Shown here one piece after another: positions 17,388-29,389 of a stretch of DNA of 64,000 bases (its first letter is position 1; each line of letters opens with the position of its first letter). The notes under the pieces are model-generated. The model did not search any database. It was not told where the DNA came from and was given only the letters and a program-made list of their open reading frames with translations. The DNA is from an uncultured Acidobacteriota bacterium (GTDB taxonomy: Bacteria; Acidobacteriota; Thermoanaerobaculia; Gp7-AA8). The DNA lies in the NCBI GenBank assembly GCA_963822445.1, contig CAWGHO010000002.1:1440001-1504000 (forward strand). The letters run 5' to 3'. A program made the position numbers and the translations under genes.

Positions 17388-18153
17388 CCCGCTCGTAGCG
17401 CTCCGTCGAAAGCACCGAGTACGCCGGTCGTTTCGCGGGTCGCGGAAACTCATCGCTGGTCACAGGTTTCACCGGCTGATCGCCCGCGATCGCGACCGCG
17501 AAGTCGTACCACGAGCACTCGTCCTCATCGGCGTAATGCACAAGTCCGCGAACATCGGCGATGGCCAGCCGGATGATCGCGTTCGCGAGATGCGGCGTGT
17601 ACGTCGGCCGGCCGCGCTGATCGGAAACGACCCGCAGCGGATTCGTCCCTTTGCGCACCTGATTGCGGATCGCTTCGACGAAATTCGGACCATGAACGCC
17701 GAACAGCCACGAGGTCCGGACGATCAAATGCCGGTCCGCATGCGTCGCCGCGAGCTCGCCGAGCAGTTTCGAACGGCCGTATGCCGACAGCGGATTGGTG
17801 GCATCGGTGACTTCGTACGGCTCGCGTTTCGTCCCGTCGAACACGAAGTCGGTCGAGATCTGTACCAGCAGCGCGCCGTTCGCATTCGCGGCCGCGGCGA
17901 GCAATTCGACCGACGAGCCGTTGATCGCGTTCGCGGCGCTCTCTTCCGACTCGGCCTGATCGACCTTCGTGTAAGCCGCACAGTTCACGATGATCGACGG
18001 CGCATGCTCTGCGACGCACGCGTTCACCGCGCGGGAGTCGGTGATGTCGAGATCGGTGCGGGAAAGCGCGGCGACGTGCTCGCCGCGGTTGACGAGCTCT
18101 GCGTGAAGGTCGGTGCCGACCATGCCGCCGGCACCGGTAATCAGCCAATTCAC
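17323..18153 (-). CDS. rfbD: dTDP-4-dehydrorhamnose reductase
   Basis: TGAGGMVG, NCAAYTKVD, ISTDFVFDG, YGRSK, RPAYSVL. Confidence 0.93.
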   Translation of the reverse strand: MNWLITGAGGMVGTDLHAELVNRGEHVAALSRTDLDITDSRAVNACVAEHAPSIIVNCAAYTKVDQAESEESAANAINGSSVELLAAAANANGALLVQISTDFVFDGTKREPYEVTDATNPLSAYGRSKLLGELAATHADRHLIVRTSWLFGVHGPNFVEAIRNQVRKGTNPLRVVSDQRGRPTYTPHLANAIIRLAIADVRGLVHYADEDECSWYDFAVAIAGDQPVKPVTSDEFPRPAKRPAYSVLSTERYERVTGVAPESWREGLREYLECRP

Positions 18154-18348
18154 TTAAGCGGTCTTGTCGTCCGACGCCTTCGGCAGCGCCTTGTCGTCTT
18201 TGCCCTTGCTCAGGCCGTCGCGGAAGTTGGAGATCCCTTCGCCGAGGCCCTTCCCGAGCTGGGGCAGCTTGCTGGCGCCGAAAATCACGACCACGATGAC
18301 GAGAATGACGAGAAGTTCCGGCAGTCCAAACGGTCCGAACATCAACAT
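18154..18348 (-). CDS. tatA: Twin-arginine translocase TatA/TatE subunit
   Basis: [29 protein letters not shown]; AGGAGG RBS before ATG at 18348. Confidence 0.92.
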   Translation of the reverse strand: MLMFGPFGLPELLVILVIVVVIFGASKLPQLGKGLGEGISNFRDGLSKGKDDKALPKASDDKTA

Positions 18349-18443
18349 TGAGAGCCTCCTGAGGCGTTCACGAGTGTATCCGAAACAGCGCGGCGCGCGG
18401 ATGCGTTCCACCCGAACCGCGCTTGTTAAGATGCGGCCTCCAC

Positions 18444-20743
<2,300 letters not shown>

Positions 20744-20747
<4 letters not shown>

Positions 20748-20884
20748 CGAAGAAACGAATCGTCGATAACCGCAACCGGCCCGCGCAACCGGAGCCCGGT
20801 GAAGACGAAGCGGTGGAAAAGCCCCCTCGGATTCGCGAGCAGGGAACGAAGCCCACGCCGGTCACCAACAAGAAGAAGCGCTGA
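20744..20884 (+). CDS. Small basic hypothetical protein (46 aa)
   Basis: ATGA overlap with the pcrA stop; fills the gap up to a REP element. Confidence 0.4.
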
Positions 20885-20973
20885 TGGAGTGCGGCGGCTC
20901 TGCCACCGCTTTCAAACGCGCCGGAGGCGCGCTCCGCGCGCTGTCAAAGCGGCAGCAGAGCTGCCGCACTCCA
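20885..20973. repeat. REP-like palindrome, family B
   Basis: TGGAGTGCGGCGGCTCTGCC..CCGCTTT ... AAAGCGGCAGCAGAGCTGCCGCACTCCA; second copy at 33543-33634. Confidence 0.9.
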
Positions 20974-22833
20974 TCACGACTTACTCGTTGCCCGCCGCCG
21001 CCGTTGATGCAGCCGGTCGATCAGCTTCGTCGCCGAGCGCACCTGCTCGAGGATCTTCTCCTCGAGGCCCGCGCCCTTGGTCTTGAAGCTCTTCGCGCGG
21101 CGGAACACCTGCCGCGCGCGATCCTTCTCGCCGCTCTCCAGCAGGGCCATTCCCAGGTGCATGAGGTTCGTTGCTGTCGGTCCGAGGTCGGCCGACTTGG
21201 AGAGGAAGTCGACGGCGTTCTTGAACTCGCGGCGCTTGAAGTGCACCCAGCCCAACGCCGCCAGCGGGAACTGCCGCAGCTCCTTCGGCGAGTAACGAAG
21301 CGCGAGCTGCGCGCTTTCGAGGGCCTCGTCGAGCGACTCCTCCATCTCCGCGAGGTTGTACGCCTTCTCGTAGTAGGCGATCGACTTCGCGTAGTTGGAC
21401 GTGTAGTCCTTCAGCATCTGTTCGAGCGCGCGGTTCGCTTCCTTGAAGTTGCCTTCCGCGCGCAGTGCTTCGACCAGCGTCGTGTACGCCGCCGCGGCGA
21501 CCATCTCCGCCGGTTTGTGCCGTAGCACGCGCCGCGCGATCTCGATCGCCTCGGAATTCATCTCCAGATGCGAACAAAGCAACGCGTACGGCAGCAGGAC
21601 ATTGATGTTGTCGGGCTCCGCCTCGGCCGCACGGCGATAGTGATCGATGGCCTCCGCGTACTTGCCTTCCGCGGCCAGCGTTTCCGCCTGACTGACGACC
21701 TGCGCGGCCGGACCTTCAACCGGCACGTGGCCGGAGATGCCTTCGTAAATCCGAACGGCCTGCTGGTACTCCATCTTGTTCGGGTTGAGCTCGAGCGCTT
21801 CCTGGAAGCACTCGATCGCTTTGCGGTTCCAGTTGCGATCGAGATAGCAGAGGCCGAGGTGGTAGATCGCTTCTTCGTAATCCGGATCGAGCTTCAGCGC
21901 GGCCTGGAACGAACGGATGGCCCGCTCGAGCTGGCCTTTCTCGTAAAAGATCGTTCCGAGCAGGTAGTACGCCTGGGGGATGGCCTCGAGCTGAATCGCT
22001 TTTTCGAGGAACTTCTGCGCGCGGAGCAGCTTTCCTTTGCGGGCGTAAATCGCGCCGAGGGAGAAGTAGGGGAGGAACGACTCCTGGGAGATCTGAATCG
22101 CGCGGCGCAGCCAGCGCTCGGCGCCTTTCAGGTCCTGCCGTTCGTGCAGCAGCACGCCGTAGAACACGGCGGCGTCGAAATGATCGGGTTGCACTTCGAT
22201 CGTCCGCTCGAGATAGGCCTTGGCGCGATCGAGATTGCCGTCGTTGAAGAACATCTCGCCGAGGAAGAAGGAGAGCTCGTAGTTGTCGCGATCGAGGCGG
22301 AAGGCTTCCTCGAGATGCTTGATGCCGCGCTCGGGATCGAATCCGTCGAACGCCGCTTCGGCATCGGCGACGAGCACGAGAAAGCGCTCGCGCTTCTCGC
22401 CGCGGAACAGCGAGACCATGCGGTCCTTGCGCTCGACGAAGCGCTGCTTCTTTTCGAGAGCGAGCATCTGCTCGCCCATCTTCGATTCCCACAGCTCGAC
22501 CACCTCATCGGAGGTGAGCATGTTCTTCTTCTCGAGCAGCTCTTTGACGGAGAGAAGGCCGGTTTGATTGATGAAGATCGCGCGCTCGTGCTTCTGCACG
22601 GCGTCTACGAGCGAGCGGATGGTCTCCGCGGAACGCTTGACGATCTCCTCGATCGCGGACACGCGCTCGAGCAGGTGCTCGTCGAGCGATAAGTCCTCTT
22701 CCTCGGACTCGTACTCATCCAGTTCGTCTTCTTCGAACGACGTGAGGCCGGAGAGCACGAGGAGCTTGTTCTGGCAGCGATAGCAGAACTCGCGGTCGTC
22801 TTCGTTGAACGCGCTGCAGGTCTGGCAAAGCAT
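20974..22833 (-). CDS. Zinc-ribbon / coiled-coil / multi-TPR protein
   Basis: N-terminal CQTC..CYRC, acidic patch, many TPR-like helical repeats. Confidence 0.85.
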   Translation of the reverse strand: MLCQTCSAFNEDDREFCYRCQNKLLVLSGLTSFEEDELDEYESEEEDLSLDEHLLERVSAIEEIVKRSAETIRSLVDAVQKHERAIFINQTGLLSVKELLEKKNMLTSDEVVELWESKMGEQMLALEKKQRFVERKDRMVSLFRGEKRERFLVLVADAEAAFDGFDPERGIKHLEEAFRLDRDNYELSFFLGEMFFNDGNLDRAKAYLERTIEVQPDHFDAAVFYGVLLHERQDLKGAERWLRRAIQISQESFLPYFSLGAIYARKGKLLRAQKFLEKAIQLEAIPQAYYLLGTIFYEKGQLERAIRSFQAALKLDPDYEEAIYHLGLCYLDRNWNRKAIECFQEALELNPNKMEYQQAVRIYEGISGHVPVEGPAAQVVSQAETLAAEGKYAEAIDHYRRAAEAEPDNINVLLPYALLCSHLEMNSEAIEIARRVLRHKPAEMVAAAAYTTLVEALRAEGNFKEANRALEQMLKDYTSNYAKSIAYYEKAYNLAEMEESLDEALESAQLALRYSPKELRQFPLAALGWVHFKRREFKNAVDFLSKSADLGPTATNLMHLGMALLESGEKDRARQVFRRAKSFKTKGAGLEEKILEQVRSATKLIDRLHQRRRRATSKS

Positions 22834-22861
22834 GGTGTTGTGGCGGATTAGAACACGTTGT

Positions 22862-23710
22862 CTAGCGTGAGTATTCGTAGAAGCCGCGGCCGCTCTTTTT
22901 GCCCAGCCAGCCGGCGTCGACCATCTTCACGAGGAGCGGACAGGGCCGGTATTTCGGATCGCCGAATCCCTGCTCCAGGACGCGCAGAATGGCCAGGCAG
23001 ACGTCGAGTCCGATGAAGTCGGCGAGCGTGAGCGGACCCATCGGGTGATTCATGCCGAGCTTCATCACGCCGTCGATGGCCTCGCGCGTGGCGACGCCTT
23101 CGTACAACGAGAAAATGGCCTCGTTGATCATCGGCATCAGCACGCGATTGGAGATGAAACCGGGGTAATCATTCACCTCGATCGCCGTCTTGCCCATCCG
23201 CCTGGCCAGGTCCTCGACCTTCTGCCAGGTCTCGTCCGATGTGGCAATGCCGCGAATGACTTCCACGAGGGTCATCACCGGAACGGGATTCATGAAATGC
23301 ATGCCGATCACTTTGTCCGGCCGTTTCGTGGCCGCGGCGATTTTGGTGATCGAGATCGAGGATGTGTTCGAGGCGAGGATGCAGTCGGCTTTGGTGATTT
23401 CGTCGAGCTTCGCGAAAAGCTCGGTCTTGGCCTCGACCTTTTCGATGATGGCTTCGATGACGATGTCCGCATCGGCGATCGTCGCGATGTCCGTGGTGGG
23501 CTTGATGCGCGCCACGATCGCGTCGCGCTCGTCGGCGGTCATTTTTCCCTTGTCCACGCCGCGCTGGAGGTTCGAGGTGATGGTCGACACCGCGCGGCTC
23601 AGTAAGGAATCGGTTACATCTACGAGCGTCACGTCGAAGCCGGTCGCGGCTGCTGTATGAGCAATCCCGTTACCCATCGTTCCGCCGCCGATGACGACGA
23701 TGTTTTTCAT
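22862..23710 (-). CDS. hbd: 3-hydroxybutyryl-CoA dehydrogenase
   Basis: [46 protein letters not shown]. Confidence 0.94.
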   Translation of the reverse strand: MKNIVVIGGGTMGNGIAHTAAATGFDVTLVDVTDSLLSRAVSTITSNLQRGVDKGKMTADERDAIVARIKPTTDIATIADADIVIEAIIEKVEAKTELFAKLDEITKADCILASNTSSISITKIAAATKRPDKVIGMHFMNPVPVMTLVEVIRGIATSDETWQKVEDLARRMGKTAIEVNDYPGFISNRVLMPMINEAIFSLYEGVATREAIDGVMKLGMNHPMGPLTLADFIGLDVCLAILRVLEQGFGDPKYRPCPLLVKMVDAGWLGKKSGRGFYEYSR

Positions 23711-23755
23711 AGGCGGCGGACTGTATCGTAAGATCATCAGTCCCGGAGCGTCGGA

Positions 23756-24976
23756 ATGGCCAAGAAATGCTTCATGTGCGGTCGCGATGTCACGGAGGGA
23801 ATCCTCTGTGAGAAGTGCGACAAGCCTCGGAAGAAGAGCGGCGCGACGCCTTCGGTCGAAGCTTCCGATTCGGAGAGTCCGCGCAAGACGGCGCCGCATC
23901 CGCCCGCTCCATCCCAGTCGCAGCCGCGGGCCAGTGCCGCAACGGCGCCGGCGATCGAGCCCGATCCATTTCCCAAAGCGCCGATCATCAATTTCCCGGT
24001 CGAGTCCGCGTCGCCGGCAATCACCAGCGTCGTCAATCTCCTCGTGGCATCGGGAGTTGCGTGCGTGCTGCTCGGTCCCGATCGCGCGGTGAAGTTCGTC
24101 TCCGATGAATCGCGCCGCATCTTCGACACGCCGCATTCCGAGCTCGCGAATCTCACCACTGTCGAAGCGAAAGCCGGAATCCGCGTCGGCGACCTGAGCG
24201 TGCCCACCACGGCCGGCGTGCGCATCGGAAGCCGCAATTTCATTTACTCGCTCGTCCCGATGTCCGGTGGCGCGTCGGGCGCGGTCCTCGTGTTCCGCCA
24301 CGCCGATCCGATGAACGAAGCGCACGCGTCGTTCGTCACGTACGTGCGCGAGACGGTGCTCGGGCCGTTGCGCGCGATCCGCGAGTCTTTGCGCGCCGCG
24401 GGACGCTCGCGCGGCGATCATTTCCTCGACGACACCGCGGCCGGCATCGATCAGGTGCTGTCGTCGCTGGAGCTCGCGCCGGAAGTGGAAGAAGCCGCGT
24501 TCAGCGCGCGGCCCGTACCGACGGTCACCGAAGTCGTCCGCCGTGTTGCCGATCGCTTCCGTGCGTACGCCGATCTGAAGGGCATCACGCTGCAGGTCGA
24601 CGTGCAGGAGCTGGAGGAGCGCTTCTCTGATCACGATCAGCTCGCAGATGCGCTGGCCATCCTCATGGAGAACGCGCTGCACTACGTTCCCGGCGCGGGC
24701 CAGGTGGTGATCGGCGTGCGCTGGATGGAGCACAAAAACAAGCCGCTGCTGCTGTTCTTCGTGATGGACAACGGTCCGGTGGTTCCGGAGGCGTTGCGCA
24801 CGGCGATCTTCGAGCCGTCGTTCGCCTGGAACCCGCAATCGCAGGAACGCACCGGCCGCGGTCTTTTCAAATGCCGCGAATTTGCCGTTGCGCACGCGGG
24901 TTCTGTGTGGGTCGAATCCAAGACCGGCAAGGCCTGCACGTTCTTCATGCGTGTGCGTCCTGACGGCGTCCGCTGA
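23756..24976 (+). CDS. Histidine kinase-like ATPase with N-terminal Zn ribbon, H-box His absent
   Basis: CFMC..CEKC; ENALHY (N box), DNGP (G1), GRGL (G2). Confidence 0.75.
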   Translation: MAKKCFMCGRDVTEGILCEKCDKPRKKSGATPSVEASDSESPRKTAPHPPAPSQSQPRASAATAPAIEPDPFPKAPIINFPVESASPAITSVVNLLVASGVACVLLGPDRAVKFVSDESRRIFDTPHSELANLTTVEAKAGIRVGDLSVPTTAGVRIGSRNFIYSLVPMSGGASGAVLVFRHADPMNEAHASFVTYVRETVLGPLRAIRESLRAAGRSRGDHFLDDTAAGIDQVLSSLELAPEVEEAAFSARPVPTVTEVVRRVADRFRAYADLKGITLQVDVQELEERFSDHDQLADALAILMENALHYVPGAGQVVIGVRWMEHKNKPLLLFFVMDNGPVVPEALRTAIFEPSFAWNPQSQERTGRGLFKCREFAVAHAGSVWVESKTGKACTFFMRVRPDGVR

Positions 24977-25464
24977 TGCGCTCCCTGGCCCTGGTTCTCC
25001 TGCTCGCCGCGCCCCCCGTTTTTGCGACGGATGCGAACGAGATCAACGTCCAGAACGTGATCGCGTTGATGAACGAATACCGCGCGCAGCAGAATCTCTC
25101 TCCGTTGCGCGAAGACCCGCGTCTGACCCAGGCCGCGCGCGACCGCGTGCGGCACATGGAGGAGCTGGCCTACTGGAGTCACGAGGCGCCGGACGGCATG
25201 TCCCCGTTCGTCTGGTTGTCTGCTCGCGACTATCCGTACTGGACCGCCGGCGAAAATCTCGCCTCCGGATTCGAGACCGCGGGGCTGCTGGTGGAGTCGT
25301 GGATGGAGTCCCGCGGTCACCGCGAGAACATCATGGCCGACAAGTTCGAGGACTGCGGCATCGCCATCATCGACGGCACGACTACGGGACCCGGCAACGG
25401 CAAGTCAGTAGTGGTGTTGTTCGGCGCGACGCGGTCGCCGGACCGGGCCTCTAAACAACCTTGA
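24976..25464 (+). CDS. Secreted CAP/SCP domain protein
   Basis: Signal peptide; [27 protein letters not shown]. Confidence 0.9.
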   Translation: MRSLALVLLLAAPPVFATDANEINVQNVIALMNEYRAQQNLSPLREDPRLTQAARDRVRHMEELAYWSHEAPDGMSPFVWLSARDYPYWTAGENLASGFETAGLLVESWMESRGHRENIMADKFEDCGIAIIDGTTTGPGNGKSVVVLFGATRSPDRASKQP

Positions 25465-26533
25465 TCCCCTGGTCCACATCCCGCGACCAGCGCTGCATCC
25501 CCCCAACCAGATTCTTCACCCGCGTGTAGCCCTGTGAGGCGAGGTATTGCCGTGCGCGCTCGCTGCGGCCGCCGGAGCGGCAGATCATGACCACTTCTTT
25601 GTCGCGGGGGATGTCGTCGAGGCGCGTGGGGACCTGGCCGAGGGGGATGTGCGTCGCCTGCTCGACGTGGCCGGCGTTCCATTCGTGCGGCTCGCGCACG
25701 TCGACCAGAACGACGTCCGCGCCGCCGGCGATTTTCTCCGCTACTTCGGCCGGAGTGATGTCGGTTTCATGCATCGGGTTGCAGAACTCCTCATAGTCGA
25801 TGAGCTTCGTGATGGGCGGATGCTGCTCGCATCGCCGCGGGACTTTCATCGTGCGGAACGTCATCCGCAACGCATCGAACAACAGCAGCCGTCCTGCCAG
25901 AGTCTCGCCCGCACCGGTCAGCAGTTTGATGGCTTCGGTCGCCTGAATCGTGCCGACGACGCCGGGGAGGACGCCGAGGACTCCGCCTTCCGCGCAGGAT
26001 GGGACGAGGCCGGGCGGCGGCGGATCGGGATAGAGGCAGCGATAGCAGGGACCATCTTTCGTCGAGAAGACTGAAGCCTGGCCTTCCCAGCGGAAGATCG
26101 AGCCGTAGACATTCGGCTTGCCGAGAATCACGCAGGCGTCGTTGACGAGATAGCGCGTGGCGAAGTTGTCCGTGCCGTCGATGACGATGTCGTAGCTCGC
26201 GAGAATCTCCAGCGCGTTATCCGACATGAGCGGCGCGTTATGCGTTTCGATCTTCACATCAGAGTTGAGGTCTTCCAGCCGTTCGCGCGCGGCTTCGAGC
26301 TTCGGCCGGCCGACGGAGGACGTGCCGTAGAGAATCTGCCGGTGAAGATTGGTAACGTCGACGCGGTCGAAATCCACCAGTCCGATGCGTCCGACACCCG
26401 CGGCCGCGAGATAAAGCGAGGTGGGACTGCCGAGACCTCCGGCGCCGACGATGAGCACCGAGGATTCGAGCAGCTTGCGCTGGCCGGCCTCGCCGATCTC
26501 AGGCAACGTGACCTGGCGGGTGTAGCGACTTAC
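25451..26533 (-). CDS. moeB: MoeB/MoeZ ThiF-family adenylyltransferase with C-terminal rhodanese (start uncertain)
   Basis: RYTRQ, GAGGLGSP, NLHRQ, DGTDNF, CYRC, rhodanese CRSGGRS. Confidence 0.9.
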   Translation of the reverse strand, partial: VSRYTRQVTLPEIGEAGQRKLLESSVLIVGAGGLGSPTSLYLAAAGVGRIGLVDFDRVDVTNLHRQILYGTSSVGRPKLEAARERLEDLNSDVKIETHNAPLMSDNALEILASYDIVIDGTDNFATRYLVNDACVILGKPNVYGSIFRWEGQASVFSTKDGPCYRCLYPDPPPPGLVPSCAEGGVLGVLPGVVGTIQATEAIKLLTGAGETLAGRLLLFDALRMTFRTMKVPRRCEQHPPITKLIDYEEFCNPMHETDITPAEVAEKIAGGADVVLVDVREPHEWNAGHVEQATHIPLGQVPTRLDDIPRDKEVVMICRSGGRSERARQYLASQGYTRVKNLVGGMQRWSRDVDQGIKVV

Positions 26534-26976
26534 GGGAGGAGCCGTGACACAGTCTCCTGAATCTTCTTCCCGTCCGCGCGCCCTTTGAACTTCGCGGTCG
26601 CTTCCTTCATCACCTTCCCCATGTCCTTCTTCGACTGGGCGCCGGTAGATGCGATGATCTCGCGGAGTCCGCTCTCGAGCTCTTCGTCGGACATCTCCGC
26701 GGGCAGGTAAGTCTTCAGCAGCTCCATCTCCGACTTTTCCTTGTCGGCGAGCTCCGTGCGGCCGGCATTGGTGTACTGCTCGATCGAGTCCTGGCGCTGC
26801 TTGACCGCCTTGCGAATCACGGCCATGGCCTCTTCGTCGGAGAGCTCGTGGCCGGAATTGATCTGCTCGTTCTTGAGCGCCGACTGCAGCATGCGCAGCG
26901 TGGAGAGGCGCTCTTTCTCCTGCGCCTTCATCGCCGCGGTCATGTCGGCGCGGATTTTCTCGGTCAGTGCGGCCAT
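26530..26976 (-). CDS. yqeY: GatB/YqeY domain protein
   Basis: AMKAQEKERLSTLRML, KQRQDSIEQY, DMGKVM, GRADGK; AGGAG RBS. Confidence 0.92.
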   Translation of the reverse strand: MAALTEKIRADMTAAMKAQEKERLSTLRMLQSALKNEQINSGHELSDEEAMAVIRKAVKQRQDSIEQYTNAGRTELADKEKSEMELLKTYLPAEMSDEELESGLREIIASTGAQSKKDMGKVMKEATAKFKGRADGKKIQETVSRLLP

Positions 26977-27013
26977 TGCGTTGCTCCTCGGGCGCATTCT
27001 ATTCTCGCCGCCC

Positions 27014-27580
27014 ATGCCCACGGATCTCCGCGCCCTCCTGGAAGAAACGGGCGCCCTGCTCACCGGCCACTTCCGCCTATCCTCGGGATTGCACAGCCCG
27101 AACTACGTGCAGTGCGCGCGTCTGCTCGAGCATCCGCGGAACGCGAAAGCCATCGGTGCGGATCTCGCGGCGCGCGTCACCGGCGCTGAGAAGATCGTCG
27201 CGCCCGCGCTGGGCGGCGTGATCATCGGCTACACCGTCGCCGACGCGCTCGGCGTGCCGTTCGTTTTCACCGAGCGCAAAGACGGCGCGATGACGCTCCG
27301 CCGCGGATTCACCATCAACGAAGGCGAGAGCGTGGTCATCGTCGAAGACGTGGTCACCACCGGCAAGTCGACGCGGGAGACGGTCGACGTCGTGACGCAA
27401 CAGGGCGGGCGCGTGGTCGGCTTTGCCTCCATTCTCAATCGCAGCGGAAAGGCGAATCCGTTCGATGCGCCGTACGAGGCGTTGCTCGCGTTGAACCTCG
27501 ACACGTACTCCGAAGCGGACTGTCCGCTCTGCGCGAAAGGCGTCCCGCTCGACGCGCCGGGATCGCGCTACTCGAAATGA
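27014..27580 (+). CDS. pyrE: Orotate phosphoribosyltransferase
   Basis: GHFRLSSGLHS, VEDVVTTGKS PRPP-binding motif. Confidence 0.93.
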   Translation: MPTDLRALLEETGALLTGHFRLSSGLHSPNYVQCARLLEHPRNAKAIGADLAARVTGAEKIVAPALGGVIIGYTVADALGVPFVFTERKDGAMTLRRGFTINEGESVVIVEDVVTTGKSTRETVDVVTQQGGRVVGFASILNRSGKANPFDAPYEALLALNLDTYSEADCPLCAKGVPLDAPGSRYSK

Positions 27581-28029
27581 AGATCGTCACCATCGACGGC
27601 AAGCAGTCCGAGGTTGAGCTCGATGGCTCGGTGCAGGTCGTTGCGGTTCGGGATGAAGAGATCGACCTGCGTGTCGGCGATCGTCAGCACGTCGTGCCGT
27701 ACGTGATCCAGGGCTCGACGATCAGTTTCGTGTTCGAAGGCGAGACCTACGTCGCCGAAGTCACCGATCGTGCGGCGAAAGCGAAGGCGCGGCATCGCGA
27801 TCATTCCACCAGCGCGCCGATGCCCGGGCTCGTGCTCAAACTGCTGGTGAAGCAGGGCGATGTCGTTGCAAAGGCAAGCCCGCTGCTCATCCTCGAGGCC
27901 ATGAAGATGGAGCACCAGATCGTCGCGCCGTACGACGGCACCGTGACCGCCGTGAATTGCAAAGAGGGCGAGCTTGTTCAACCCGGCGTGGAGCTCGTGG
28001 AAGTCACCCGCAATGAAGATCCTCGTTGA
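27577..28029 (+). CDS. Biotin carboxyl carrier protein
   Basis: APMPG, LEAMKME biotinylation motif. Confidence 0.9.
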   Translation: MKIVTIDGKQSEVELDGSVQVVAVRDEEIDLRVGDRQHVVPYVIQGSTISFVFEGETYVAEVTDRAAKAKARHRDHSTSAPMPGLVLKLLVKQGDVVAKASPLLILEAMKMEHQIVAPYDGTVTAVNCKEGELVQPGVELVEVTRNEDPR

Positions 28030-28948
28030 TACCGTCAAGATCGTCGAAGTGGGCCCGCGCGACGGCCTGCAGAACGAAAAAGTCACCATCCCCACCCAGG
28101 TCAAGATCGACTACATCACCGCCCTCGGCGACGCCGGCCTGCGCGTGATCGAAGCGGGCGCGTTCGTCAGTCCGAAGCGGGTTCCGCAGATGGCCGACAC
28201 GGCCGATGTCTATCGGGACATTCCGAAAGATCCCGGCGTCGAGTATCCGGTGCTTGTGCCAAACATGAAGGGTCTCGAGCGCGCGATCGAAGCGGGCGTG
28301 AAATCGATCGCCATCTTCACCGCGTCCTCGGAGACCTTCAACAAACGCAACATCAACATGTCCATCGACGAGTCGTTCGAGAACTATGCGCCGGTCGCGG
28401 CGCGGGCGCGCGAAGAGGGCATTCGCGTTCGCGGCTACGTCTCGACGGCATTCGGTTGTCCGTACGAAGGGGACGTGCCGCCGGAGAAAGTGCTCGAAGT
28501 CTGCGCGCGTTTGCTCGATCTCGGCTGCTACGAAGTTTCCGTCGGGGACACGATCGGCGTCGGCACGCCGATGCAGGTGCAGGGCGTGATCGGCCTTCTT
28601 CGCGACGTGATTCCGGTTTCGCGGCTGGCGATGCATTTCCACGACACCCGCGGCACGGCGCTGGCGAACACGCTCGCCGCGCTGGAGATGGGCATCGCCA
28701 CGTTCGACGCGTCGTCGGGCGGACTCGGTGGCTGTCCGTACGCGCCGGGAGCATCGGGCAATCTCGCGACGGAAGACATCGTCTACATGCTCGACCGGAT
28801 GGCGATCGAGACGGGCGTCGATCTCAATCGCCTCGTGCAGGCCTCGACGATCATCGCCCCCTACCTCGATCATCCGTTGCCCGGCCGTTACCTGCAGGCG
28901 TGCACGCGGAGTGCGATGCCGGTCGCGACGAGCGCTGCCGTACAATGA
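28013..28948 (+). CDS. Hydroxymethylglutaryl-CoA lyase
   Basis: EVGPRDGLQNE, HFHDTRG, GGLGGCPYAPGASGNLATED. Confidence 0.94.
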   Translation: MKILVDTVKIVEVGPRDGLQNEKVTIPTQVKIDYITALGDAGLRVIEAGAFVSPKRVPQMADTADVYRDIPKDPGVEYPVLVPNMKGLERAIEAGVKSIAIFTASSETFNKRNINMSIDESFENYAPVAARAREEGIRVRGYVSTAFGCPYEGDVPPEKVLEVCARLLDLGCYEVSVGDTIGVGTPMQVQGVIGLLRDVIPVSRLAMHFHDTRGTALANTLAALEMGIATFDASSGGLGGCPYAPGASGNLATEDIVYMLDRMAIETGVDLNRLVQASTIIAPYLDHPLPGRYLQACTRSAMPVATSAAVQ

Positions 28949-28951
28949 ATC

Positions 28952-29389
28952 GTGCCTGTCGAGATTCGTGGTCAGCGTCGCGACGGTTGGTACGTCGTTC
29001 CCCACCACGTCGAATTTCGTGATCTCGACGCCTTCGGCCACGTCAACAACGCCGTCTACTTCAGCTACTTCGAATGGGTGCGGTCGCTCCTCTGGTTCGA
29101 GCTGACCGGCTTCGGGGCCGCCCGCGACATCGGCTTCATCGTGGCCCACGCCTCCTGCGATTTCCGCAGGCAGCTCGACCTGGAGCGGATCGATATCTGC
29201 GCTCGCATCAGCGAGTTAGGCACCTCGTCGATGGTTTTCCTTCACGAAATCCGCAAAAACGGTGGCAGCGATGTTGCGGCTACCGGGAAAGTAGTCGTCG
29301 TCATGTTCGACTGGGCAAGCCAATCGAAGGTCCCGATTTCGGAAGGGCTTCGGAGGAAGGTGGCGGAATGGAACGCGGACGCGTCCTGA
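28952..29389 (+). CDS. 4HBT/YbgC-like acyl-CoA thioesterase
   Basis: FRDLDAFGHVNNAVYFSYFE. Confidence 0.9.
   Translation: MPVEIRGQRRDGWYVVPHHVEFRDLDAFGHVNNAVYFSYFEWVRSLLWFELTGFGAARDIGFIVAHASCDFRRQLDLERIDICARISELGTSSMVFLHEIRKNGGSDVAATGKVVVVMFDWASQSKVPISEGLRRKVAEWNADAS

Noticed and set aside
22862-24895. Apparent 677-aa hydroxyacyl-CoA dehydrogenase fusion
   Set aside because: The extension is antisense to the kinase-like gene; the dehydrogenase begins at ATG 23710 with a Rossmann motif.
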